Assembly: GCA_020891255.1 (NCBI GenBank)
Contig: BQFW01000014.1
Span: forward strand, 992,001 to 1,056,000
DNA length: 64,000 nucleotides
Reading direction: 5' to 3'
DNA from: Entomortierella parvispora E1425
Lineage: Eukaryota > Fungi > Mortierellomycota
The notes under the pieces are model-generated. The model was not told the DNA's origin. It did not search any database and saw nothing but the letters and a program-made list of their open reading frames with translations. Made by a program: the position numbers and the translations under genes. How positions within the stretch are numbered: position 1 is the first letter of the stretch; each line of letters opens with the position of its first letter. This document shows positions 28,477-40,294 of this stretch, one piece after another.

Positions 28477-30566
28477 TTAAAGGCTAGGCTCGAAATGACG
28501 ATGGGGGTCCAGATTTTCACCGTGAATACAGGTCTCGATGGACTTGAACCATTTGTCCTCCAAGACGCCCTCGATCGTGATCCTGGTCTCTGGGTTGGGA
28601 TCCAAGATCTTCTTCATCAACTGACGAGCGCCATAGGGTAATTTCTCAAAGGGCTCATAGCTGTTCATAGCCCTCATGTCCAAGAAGTGTTGATAGTTGG
28701 CGTCCTTGGAAGTGGCGGCTCTGAAGGGAATTCCTTGGTAGACCATACAGTAGTAAACGATACCGCAAGCCCAGATATCGACTCTACGGGCATCGTATTC
28801 CTTGTACAAGAACTCCTCAGGAGCAATGTAGGGCTCTGACCCGCAGAGACCCTTGGAGAGATGAGGGTTCTTCTCCCAGCACATTCGGAACACGTCTGAA
28901 ACGCCAAAGTCTGTGATCTTGAGTCGACCTTGACCGTCGAGCAAGAGGTTCTCTGGCTTGATGTCACGATGGGCTACACCCATGGAATGCAAATAGGCGA
29001 CACCGTTCATGAGCTGCTTGAAACAGCAATCAATCTCGACGCGGGACATATGGCCCTGCTTGATCGAGTTGTAAAGATCTCCTCCACAGCAGTATTCCTA
29101 AAGTGCGCCAGATTGAATAAAAGATGTAAAAAGGTTAGATGCATGCATGACCACGAGGGACAGGAATAGATCTAAATAGATCTAAACAGAAACAGAATTT
29201 CGATCGACCGTTGGGTGGAGGGAGTACGACGATGATGATATCGTTTTTGTCGTGGTGACACAAATGGAAGACGGAACGAAAAAAAAAATGCCTCGTTTTT
29301 TTTTTTTTTTTTTTTTGAGTTCTCGATCCAGGGGGTGAAGTGATTCTTTTTTTTTTTTTTTTGAGAAGACCATGAGAGAGATAGCAGAAAACGAGGGGTT
29401 CAAGTCCTCAGGTCGGACAGACGGAATGTGGCAGGGTGGGAGAAAAACAATAACGTGGATGGATGGCCAGGATAGTTATCGGCCAAAAGGTATGACCATC
29501 AAGAACCATCGCACGTGGAGTTCGCAAATGATACCCAATGGACAATGTACGATGAATTGCCCAGGATGGTGTATCTCTTTGCCAAGGAAAAAGGGGGTGC
29601 CCCGGCCAAATCGCCATGACCACACCGTAAACAACAAGGAATAGATATTCAATCCCCCCTTCTCCAACATGCATGCTCTGATCAGGCCTGTAAACAGAAA
29701 AAGGAAGAGCTATTTTCCTGTCAAAAATAACTTACCATGACCTCGCACCAGTGCTTCTGTTCGTCCTGGACCAAATCCACGGTCTCGACAATGTTCTCAT
29801 GGTGCAATGTGGACGAGATGCAGAACTCACTCGTCAACTTCTTGACGTATTCCTTCTCGGTCTCGTCCTTTCTGCGTTTCCGGAACTCCTTGACCGCAAA
29901 CAGCTTCTCGCCCTCGTCCTCAACCTCGGACAACTTGTGTGCTAACCGGACGACGGCTGTGGCGCCCTGGCCAATATGACCCTTGTCGCAAAGTCCATAC
30001 TTCTTCAAGAGCGTACATTCCGACTGGTTCGATTGACCCTGCTGACCACTGGATGCATTCTGCTGTTTCTTGGCGGCCTCGCTACGATCGCTGCCTCCAA
30101 AGGAAGAGGCCCGGCCGAGAACACTGGCGAAATTAAAAATGTTCTTCTTTTCCATTATAGGGCTGGGAGAGGCATTGGCTGCGGTCAGATAAGGATCCTC
30201 ATCCATTGGTTCCCGGGGAGAGGCTGGAGGGCTGGAAGAGGACGAATGATGAAAGATCTTGTGCATCAACGTTTGCTTCTTGTTGGTGACCGCGACTGGA
30301 GGGAGCTTTGGGTAAAGAGCCTTCTTGAGGGCCGAGGGCGACTCCAAGCCCATTCCGGAAAGATGGCCAGTGGAGGAGGTAGAGGAGTCGACGGTGGGGA
30401 CTTGTCGGAGAGTGTTCCAATGTTCGTCCTGATGCAAGTATTGACCTCCGTTGTGAGCAGAGATGCTGCTATTATTCCGGCCCAAGGAAGGCTGGGATTT
30501 CTCTGTACGACGACGGACGTTGACCTCCATGGCTGGGGCCCAGTAGTCGGTCGAGAATGTAACCAT
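28477..30566 (-). CDS. Fungal Hal4/Hal5/Hrk1 (Npr1-like) Ser/Thr protein kinase, 2 exons
   Basis: IGQGATAVVRL, FAVKEF, KKLTSEFCISSTLHHENIV (family hallmark), HRDIKPEN, DFG, CGSEPYIAPE. One 638-nt intron at 29098-29735. Confidence 0.92.
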
Positions 30567-31604
30567 GATGTGAGGAAGGAAGTGTGTAGTGTCGACGGGA
30601 GATATGGGTATGTAGTACGCAGTGACAGAACAAAAATAAAAATAAAAAAAAATAAAAAAAAAGACAGGTGCGAGATAATGCAAGGCGATATGGTACAGAA
30701 ATCAGAAGGGTATTACAACAAGGGGTAAAAGAGAGGGGAGTGTGTGCGGTGTTGGTGTGTTGGTACAAATGGAATGGAGTGGATGAATCAGTGATTCGGC
30801 TTTTCTCTGCTGGTGTTGATTCAACAAAAAAAAGCGGGCGGTTGCTGCGTTGGGTAGTGGAGAGAGAAGTGGGGCAGCAAGCAAAAGATCGAAAGAGGGG
30901 GGCGTGGTGTTAGAGAGTGATGATGACCAACATGTGGAGGCTGTGCGTTGTGTGGGAGAGAGTGGGGGCTATATTGGTCAAAGAGTGTAGGAGTGATGGA
31001 GCAGAAAAGAAGAGAAGAAAGAAAAAGAAAGAAAGACGACCACCCAAGGAACCCCCAGAGCAACACACACTGTCTCGCCCTCATTCCTTGGCTGTGTCTG
31101 TCCCTTGTTCGGACCTCTCAGGCGTGGTCGCGGTCCTTGTTCCTGATAAGATCAGTCGCCAGGACAGGGTCAATGAGGGATTTTTTTATATTTTTTTTAG
31201 TGTTCTTCGTCCGGCCTCTTTTGATTTGCTGCCCTGCTCTGAAATATACCTCATTCGCAATTGGCAATCGACCCTGGCCAGGCCCCCACAATACCACAAT
31301 ACCCCATTCCCTTGCCCTCATCCAAGGGGCGCAGGGGCTTTATTGATGTCTGTCCCACCGTTGAGAACACAAAGCAATGAAGATCCAAAGAGACCAGAGC
31401 ATGGCAGAAAAACGTGGTGAACTGACTCGTGCGCAAACATTTCGCGTACTATCGTGCAGAGAAGATTTGCACACACTTGGATCAAAAGTCTTGCAGGACC
31501 CAAAAATGAATCGCTTTCGCCTCCGAGTTCCTGCCCCTAACTCCTACGAACTTTCATCACATCAAAGACAAAGACGGGACAAAACAAAAAGAAGCAAAAA
31601 GAAG

Positions 31605-31677
31605 AGGTCTCGCCGAGACTCGAACTCGGATTGCAAGATTCAGAGTCTTGATTGCTAACCAATTACAACACGAAACC
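31605..31677 (-). tRNA. tRNA-Gln (anticodon CTG), intronless
   Basis: Reverse complement GGTTTCG...CAAGA-CTCTGAA-TCTTG...GTTCGAGT...CGAGACC-T folds as a cloverleaf and is followed by a TTTTT Pol III terminator. Confidence 0.97.
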
Positions 31678-31918
31678 TGTGGAAACAAGCTGAAGAAGTT
31701 GCAGCTGTTCTGATTGGATGACGAAAATTTTCTGCTGTCATCTTTGTTCCTGAACTCAACTTTCGCAGCACATGCGATTTTATATTCTGTCACGTGATAC
31801 GCCACTAAATTTTGGTTGCATGGTTCTTCAAAAAAGTTCTCTGGCAACCAGACCTTCTACGAAAAAGTAGTTTTTTTATATTATAATACTAAGGCCACTA
31901 TATATTTATCTAATTGAC

Positions 31919-34900
31919 TTACAACACGATGGACCAAATCTCCACCGTTTGACAAAAGAACTCTCCTTTGTCCGATTTATCACGGGGACTACCGCTTCGA
32001 CTGCTCGGCCCTGCATTCGACGCCGTCGGTGGGTATGCATTTCGGATCGCTGTGGGCCCCAAAGACTCCTGAGTTCCATTTGAAAGTCTGATCGGATGAT
32101 GACAGGCAGCTGCCAGGGGTTCGTTGTCAAAGGTGGCACATCGAGAAGAGTGACCAGTCTCTAGATCAGAATGAATCCACAGTCCAAACTTGCCATCACC
32201 ACCTCCGAGACCAATAAAGCCTGGCTCTGACAACACCATATAGTCGTTCTTTCCTGTCCACTTCCAGAACTGAGCCACCCTCTGTCTTTTACGCCTGCGA
32301 CTGGCTGCTCCTGTGGCACTAGAGGGCGTCGTTGGCACTATGGGCCTAAGGGTCGGAGAGTTGTTACCCGAGTTGTTGCCATGTTGGGGGGTTATCAAAA
32401 GGGGGGAAGGCGATCGTGTAGACAAATTCAATTGCTCGTTCATGGCCATAAAGAGATCCTGTCGTCTATCGCCTCCACTTCCACTGTTATTATTGCCTCT
32501 ACTCGCATTTAAGCTTGCTGAAAGGGGAGACGGTGAAGGAGATCGCCCGTTGAAAGGTGTCACGGCAGAACTTGAGAGTTGCAAAGGAGAGGGTGATGGA
32601 AGTGGAGACGGCCCAAAGGATGGCGATGCGGGTGTTTGTTGTTGAGGGCTGCTAATGACCGTTGTAACATTCCAGAGGAAACTAAATACGACAGTTCGAG
32701 AACAAAAGATAAATTAGAATGAGGCTGATCCTCAACTACAGTTTGCGTATTAGCTAACACTAACAACTTCTTAGACTCACCATTCTCCTGTTCCATAGTA
32801 TGACAAGTTGGGCTTGAACTCTTCAGTTACATATGCCCCAAAGATCTGTCGGTACCGTAGAACATGAAAATACATATTAGTTACTTTGACAATGATATTC
32901 TGCGGTGATTAGAATGGCATTGTGCTTAGTTCAGCTTACAGCATCGGTGCTGTCCTTGATGGCGAGGATAACGGGCCCTTTGCCTTTACATCGATGGTAG
33001 AGCGTCGTCATGCTGATCCCATGCTGATCAGACGAGTAAACTAGACTCCACTTTGTGGCGTTCCTCAATTTGCGGGGCAACTCTAGCCGGATCTGGAACG
33101 CGCAGGTGGCAAACACAGGGTTAGACGCGAGGACACTGATCATTTAAAATTTGTTAAGCAAACACAGAACGAACTGCCAGTGTCTTTTTTTTTCCTTACT
33201 TGATGAGCAACATCGGGGTCCAGCACAGGGTCTGTGTCGTCATAGCGACCGAGGAGCTGCAGAGCTGGCAGTCGATTCAACTGGGCCTCACGCACCGATA
33301 TCGGGGTCGACACGCTTGCAGGCTCCGATCCAGCACTGTTCAGGGGTATCGGAAAACCAGAGCCAGAAATCAGAGTCCAAGAGTCCTGCCGGGAGGCGGC
33401 CGAGTTTGGCTCTGCTCCCTGCTGCGATGGAGAGATCCTGGATGGTTCGCCCCAATTGCCACCACTGACGGTGGTCTGCGTCGACCTTACAGGGCCATGG
33501 TTGGAGTGTTCGATTGTCACAATTGATATATCTTCTGCTTTTTGAGGGGCCATGATGGGTCTGTAGAGCGACGGTGCGGTGTTGTGTCTGGAGCGATGTT
33601 TGACAGAGACAGTAGAGAATGCAAATGGTGAAGACGGGGGCTGATTGGGTAAAAGAGAAATGTGTCTTGAATGGTGATTCTGGTGATTTTTTGAGTGGAG
33701 TCGAGAAGTGACAGCGGAGCGTAACAGTGTTTTGTTGTTGCTGCTGTTGTTATAATTGGCAGGAAGAGGTGCAGACAGAGACGAGGAAGTTGATTCCAGC
33801 TTAAGCGGGGATGACGGTGCAGAGACGGAGGGATGTTTCGTTGCAATTGTCAATGGGCGGCGGGTTGCTCTATCTGCTGCTTCGATGGTGACAGTACTAC
33901 CCTTGGTGTCAGAGGTATTATTGGCTGTTGCGTCGTGAACGCGGTCAGCTCGTGGCCGTGTTGGTGGTCCGGGTGACGGTGGTCCAGGTGGGGGTTGACC
34001 AGGAGTACTGGGGGTCGAGACTGCAAGGGCTCTCCTGCGCCCAATTGAGACAGGGCGCGTGTGGGTCTCGGCAAAAAAGGCCGTCAAGTAGTCCGGAGAG
34101 TGCGAGCCTGAGGCTGCGGTGGGCGAGGTTGTAGGCGAGGTCGGGGAGGACGAGGAGCCAAAAAGCGAGTGACGCCGCTTTGAATTGAAGAAGGATGCCC
34201 CGAATGAGGAACGAGTTGTAGTCGCAGCAATGTAGGCCGCGTCCGAGCGCGATAAAGACTGACACTCTACTGGTGAGTTGTTGAGGGCAACGGTGGAGTA
34301 GTTGCGAATGGAATGTAAAGCCTCTGGTGAGACGGATGAGGCGGACGAGGAAAGGAAGGTGATGGAACGAGAGCGATGAATAAGAATGGGCGATGGGCTT
34401 GTTTGTCCAGCAGTTGTTGTTGTGGAAGTCGACGAGCTCGGACTTGTGTTGAAGCAGGGGCAAGTGAGTCGGCGGGTGTGGTGGTGGTGTGGACTCTGAT
34501 GACAGGAGGGAGGAGAGGAAAGAGAAAGTGAGGGTTGGGTGCGTTTGCTCTCTTCGGCTATTTTGTCTGCAATGTTGTCGCGCCTGCTGACGACAAAGTT
34601 GTGCTTGTGGTCGAGCCCCTGTTCGCGCCTGGTGGGAGAATGGGGTGGGTGAGGATGAGGATGAGGATGATGAGGATGACGAGTGGGGATAGGGGAAGAG
34701 GAAGAGTCACCAGAGGACGACGCGGTCGAGGAGATGGACGAGGATAAGGAAGGAAAGTCAGAGGTGGAGGACGATGACGATGACGACGAGGAGGATGCGT
34801 GGGAGATCTGTGGTGGTGATGCTGGTGTCTGTGCTTCTGCTGGGGCTTGCTGTGAGGTGTCGGGAGGAAAAGAGGGCGACAGGGAAGAAGGACAGGGGGG

Positions 34901-35449
34901 GGAGACAGGGGCAGGGGAGTTAAGTAGTTGCGACTTTGAGGTCGAGATCGAGGGCATCTTGGCCAAAGCTGTCTTCGTCCTTGTCCTTGACGGCTGCTGG
35001 AACTCGGACTCTAATTCTGTCGACTTTGGATCGACGGTCCTTGCTCTTGGCACCCTTCTGTAGTACAGCTGCGAATGCGGAAATGCAGGAAATAACAATG
35101 AAAGCGGCGATCGTGGCGTCCGCTGGTCGTCCTGGGTTGAAACCACGCCATCCCCGTTTTCAGTCGCAGTTCTGGCTGCGTCCTTGGCGTAGAGTCGACG
35201 GGATAGGTGTGTCCCAACATTTGCTCCCTTGCCCAGCGAGACCTCGGCCAAAGCTACGTTGGCACTCGTCAGAGTTGCGGTCGTGTGAGCTCGGGAGATG
35301 GCCAAAGGCGCAGCATGGACGACGCTGTCATAGTGATCACCGTTGCCCTCGTCATGGATGACTGGCAGACTCAGTGATTTGACAACGGCCCTGCCAATGC
35401 GAGAATGTTTGGGGTTTGCGGCGTTCTTTTGGATCTGGTCCGACGACAT
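31919..35449 (-). CDS. OXR1: TLDc-domain protein (OXR1/NCOA7 family) with a long Ser/Pro-rich N-terminus
   Basis: WSLVYSSDQHGISMTTLY, AIKDSTDAVFGAY, YYGTGECFL and FWKWTGKNDY...LGGGDGKFGLWIHSDL...CATFDNEPL are TLDc motifs. ATG 35449. Confidence 0.9.
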
Positions 35450-37302
35450 GGAGTTGTGTTGTCAAGGCTACTTTGTTGTTGCTGCTGTTGTTGTTGTTGT
35501 CGTTGTTGTTGTTGCCAGCTGGTTGGTGCTGTTGAAAGGGAGGAGCGAGAGCCTTCTGCTTCGTAGTGCGTGCGTGGGCGTACAGGACAAAGAAGGAATA
35601 GAAGGAAACAAAGGTTTGCCGAAAAAGAGCTGCAGGTTGGGGCCTAAGGGGAAAGGGGTAATCTCAATGGGAAATGAGACTTGGGGCGGTGAAAGACGTA
35701 AAGAGCTTGTTGGAGTATCGGAACCAACGATAGTGATAAGGAGTGATCAGACAAGAGGACTTGGATGGTAACAACGATGGCGATTAGACTGTGGGGAGAA
35801 CTTGTGGGAGCAAAGCGGCGAAGAAAAAGATATGAAGTCCGGAGACAGAGAAGGTCAAGGAAAAGCAGTAAGAGGCTCAATGGGTCGAGGATGAATGACA
35901 GGTTGTCGCTGGATCGACTATTTTCCTTTTCGAGTGGGCGATGGGGGGAGAGTTGGAGGGAACGGATAATTGGACGGAGAGAGAGGAGGTGGTGAGAAGG
36001 AGAAGGAAAACGCCAAGAACAGCAACTCTACTCGAACGAAGGAAATGAAAAAGAGGGAACGAAAAGAAAAAAAAAGGGAAGAGAACAGGCAGCATCGGAT
36101 TGTCGTGCGATGACATGACCTTTTCTTCATTCCCACTCTCCTTCCCAATCAACTCTATTCACTGCAGTCCTCTGCAGCTCTGCAGGTGCAGGAGGTGTCT
36201 GCTGTCCACTGTTTGTTTGTTTGTTCGTCCTCTCGGCTTTTTGCACCGAGTGCGTCTGACTGTGTGTTGTGTGTATCTCAGGAGAGTGCCTCGACTGCTA
36301 GGCTAGCAGCGCAAGACAAGATGAAGGCGAACTTCCCCTATAAAACCAACGATGGAAGAGTGTTCGTTCATTTGTTTTGGTTGAACAAACAGCGCCCTCT
36401 TCCTTTTCACAAGACCCTCTCTTTTTGTGCTGTTTGTTCTCGATCCGGACAGGCCATGTGCTGGGACAAACACTAAAAGCTACGACAAAGATGATCGCGT
36501 GTCGACTTTGTTGGACAGCACGTCCTCCACCACCAGAGCAGACCAGAAGGACAAGGGCACCCTGTGGGCCATCGCGCCGCGTGTCTGTGCCATCTGCACG
36601 CGTCGTCGCCCCACCGATCTACGGATGGGGAGAGCTTCCAACTCCGACTGGATGGACATGCTCCATAAAACAAGGGGGTTGTGCACACCATCAGAATACT
36701 CGCAAGAAAAGGAGATTGACCGATCTGTCTCGATGCACCACAGACACCACCACCACCACATGTCCTCCAGAATAGTACAGCTCGGCAGCTTGTCTAAGGC
36801 AGATATGTCTTTTCAGAAAAGACAAACCTGATGGAACGCGACTCCTACCGTGAATTGCACAGCATCACTGCTTGCTACATGTTCTTCAAACTAAGGCAGA
36901 CTTGTGGTCAACGCCACATATATAGCACTGTAGCTCGCTTCCCTGGAGACAAGGTTGCGCCATGCTGAATGAGACCCTGCGGTTGGCCACTAGCTTTCCC
37001 CTGGAAACAGACTGGATGTGAATAGCGTTTGGACGCAATTTGCTTGAACAGGTTGAGGACATTTTCAAAAAATTACATTTTTGATATTGATCGCTCCTTT
37101 GAGAGCATCGAGAGCGACGAAACTGAGCACATCGCCAGTGGTTCCCACAAAAAAAACCTTTAAAATGCCGGGGTTCCCCTGTCCCTTTATTCTCCTTTGT
37201 CCGTCCATTCCCCTGTCCTCGTCCACAACAGCTTCTCCCAAAAAACCCCGGATCTCAACACGCGCTTTTTCAGCACTTTTTTACCGTTTTTACCTCAGCA
37301 AC

Positions 37303-38185
37303 ATGTTTGGAAGACTCTCCCTGTCCACTTTGGTGGTCTTCATGACCTTGGTTATCACCCTTCTCTTTGCTGCCACTGGTGATGCCGCCAAGGCTACACC
37401 CAAGCCCAAGCCCAAGCCTACCCCTAAACCCACCCCCAAGCCTGCCTCAGGAGCTATCACCTTGGCTCAATTGACAAAGGCCTTTGCTGGCAACTGCCCT
37501 CCAAAGACCACTGGAGAGGCCATCACCTGCAAGGATGCTCTTCCTTTCATCAACGCCGCCATCAAGAAGTAGGTGTTACCAAGACTTTTCTCGGTACACA
37601 CAACTGTGTTCCTGGGGAACCAAATGGTGCTGTAGATACTTACTCTTCCTTGTTGTCATAGGTATAAGCTGAAGACCAAGGGGCAGCAGGCTGCTTACAT
37701 TGCTAACATGGCTTACGAGGGTGGATACCTCAAGTACGACCACAACCTGAACACTCACTCCCAGGGCAGTAAGTTCTTCCAACTTCAGATCATACCACTC
37801 TTATTTTTTTTTTTTTTTTTTTTTTCAATTGAAGTATATACTGACTTCATGACTCTACTGGTGAATTACCTCAGCTCGCTCGATCATGCCAGCCACTTCT
37901 CTGAGAATCTTTGTCAATGCCAACAAGTCTGTCCAAAAGTTCTGGCCTGGCTTCCCCGCCAAGGTTGATAACAACAAGATCGTCGATGTCTTAATCAAGC
38001 ACCACGCCGACTTTGAGCCTGGTGCGTGGTGGGCCGTCTCCGGACCCGGTTGCGCCAAGGCTGCCTCGCGTCTCTCAAGCTCTCAGAGCAGTTTTATTGC
38101 TTGGGAGCAAGCCTGCATCAACGGTGGATTCGTCGATGCTCGCGCTGCCATCTACAAGACCGTGTACGCTGCCATTGCCAAGTAA
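37303..38185 (+). CDS. Small secreted protein with a Pro/Lys linker and a GH19/lysozyme-fold-like domain, 3 exons
   Basis: Signal peptide MFGRLSLSTLVVFMTLVITLLFAATGDA and a KPKPKPTPKP linker. Introns at about 37569-37660 and 37768-37875 restore one ORF containing QQAAYIANMAYEGG, similar to the GH19 AAFLAQxxHETG motif. Confidence 0.75.
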
Positions 38186-38375
38186 AAGTTGCCTTGCCAC
38201 TTTTTTCCAAAACAATAAAAAAATCCCTTCTTCCCCTCTCCAATTAAAGTGAAGAGCAAAAAGAAAATATTGCAATTGGCGGCGGATACCAAGGTCAAGA
38301 GCCTTCATCAGAGAGCTCACGCGCGGTGTCCCTGGTGTCCGGCTTGGCTCCCAGGTTAAAAAAGACAAAAAGAAG

Positions 38376-38448
38376 AGGTCTCGCCGAGACTCGAACTCGG
38401 ATTGCAAGATTCAGAGTCTTGATTGCTAACCAATTACAACACGAAACC
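38376..38448 (-). tRNA. tRNA-Gln (anticodon CTG), identical to the copy at 31605-31677
   Basis: Same 73-nt sequence and the same CTTCTTTTT trailer. Confidence 0.97.
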
Positions 38449-39384
38449 TTTCAGAAGCGACTGATGCGGACTTCATGTTCAACTCCGTACAAATACCCGC
38501 TCCTCTTGGGCTCAAGATGCTCGTTATCCATGCGATAATTCATTATTATATCACGTGATCAACACGGAGCTGCAGGGTGTACTTATTTGCCCAGGATAAT
38601 CTACAGTCACTGTTTTGAATATATTGAACACCTGTGAATCATTTCACAGCGTTGAGTGAATGCATCCTTTGTTGCACCCCGTTTGGTTTATCTGAGTGAA
38701 GGGGGGCCCCTTGTCAATATCCAGCTGGGAGCAACCCTCATACACGATACCGGTGGCGCTGGCGCAGCGTATGTCTGCTGTGTTTTCTGTCTGGCCAACA
38801 TGCCCTCAAAGAAAACGATACCTGGTTGTGGAAACGGGCCAGCGGGGTGTGGTCCACTTTTACTGATGACTACGCGGATATCAACATCCATCAACATCCA
38901 TCATCGTACCCCACCTTGGTTATTATTTTGCCTCTTTTTTTCCCTTTCTCATTCCTACTCTCTCCTCGACGTGCACTCTTGATACACCCTTCCAACGCAT
39001 CCCCATCCCCATCCGCAACTATCCACGCTCCTTCTCCCAAGACTCTCCCCTCACGTATCTCCCTACCTACCTGCTATTCATCAAAGATATTGTCTTGACG
39101 TCGTGCAAAGGTAGGCTTTACTCGCGCTGTTTGCCTGCTTTAATCCGGTGTAAGGGAGCAATACACTCACACGGTTTCTGTAATAGCACCTCTCTGCCAT
39201 CTCTCTGCCTCCCCTCGGCCCTTTGAAAAAGTCTACTACAAGCTACCGCCCTCGTTTGCTGCCAACACCAGGTACTGTGAAGCAAGTGCGAATGAGTAGC
39301 CCCTTGACGTTGTTCATATCAAGGGTGCAAGAATCTGATCAGAAAGGCTTTTTTTTTTTTTTACCACAGCGTCGCTCTTCTAAA

Positions 39385-40294
39385 ATGGGTGGCCCTGGCC
39401 TTTTGGCGGTCGTTGGTACAGCAAAGGAGCTCCCCAAAGTCGATCTGCCAGACTGCAAGATCCTCGTCGATGTCGGTTCGTTTTACCCATTTCTCGTTCG
39501 CTCGGTCTACAACAGCAAGATGGGCAAGCCAGAAGAATTCGCCGCCATTTGGATCCTGAACAAGTTCAATGCTCTCAATGTCGAGTTCTTTATCGACGGC
39601 CATGGCAACAAAGAGAAGCATGCAACAAGCATGGCGCGACGTGACAACCAGGCCGATCTAGACAGTGCGGAATCCATTGTTAAAGAGATGGAGGATAGAG
39701 CTGCCGTCGGAAAGAGTACCAACAAGACCGACTACAGGACCTGCACAAAGCTATTAAGGTCTTGCACATCCCTCACCTACGACTTTAAGGACAAGCTTAG
39801 CAAGCAGATGGCATCACAATTGGCGGATCGTTTCATGAATGACTATCAGCTTGGACGGACTTTTGAACAATCTCCGCGCCATGTGCAGGCGAGACGACGC
39901 ATCAGACATGAGGTTATCGTTGGTTTCGAAACTCTGAACGATCACCAGCTGAAGCAGCATTTCGATACCGCCGCCCAGAAGTACGTCAAGCTGGTCGACG
40001 GTGAGGCCGACCTCGCAATTGTTCGTCGAGCCAAGGAGCTGGTTATCGCAAAGACAAAGTTTGTTGTAGTCGGCAACGACTGTGACTATGCCATCCATCC
40101 GTCGATTCCGATCCTTCTGCGGCCTTCTGGCAAGAAGTATATCCAGTACAATGTTGATGAGCTCTTGGCAAAGTCGGAGCGGACACGGGCTCAGTTCACA
40201 GTTCTGGGCTGTGTGTCCAAAACGGACTATAACGCGAACCTTGCTGGGTTTGGCATTGTCACCAATTCGCGTATCATCAAGTCTTGCTCAAAAG
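39385..40294 (+). CDS. Exon encoding a FEN1/XPG-family PIN + H3TH nuclease domain (N-terminus of the fusion)
   Basis: ILVDVGS (D 39469), FFIDGHGNKEKHATSMARR (D 39595), DGEADLAI (E 40003, D 40009), VVGNDCDY (D 40078, D 40084) and LGCVSKTDYNANLAGFGIVT (D 40225, H3TH-like). Confidence 0.8.

Noticed and set aside
36321-36831. Short ORFs (for example 36427..36831) between OXR1 and the GH19-like gene
   Set aside because: No ATG-initiated, splice-consistent model or recognisable motif. Likely promoter or UTR sequence.
38560-38700. Possible left terminal inverted repeat of the Fanzor element
   Set aside because: Only a 7-nt match (TTGAACA) to the reverse complement of the 3' flank was seen, which is expected by chance.
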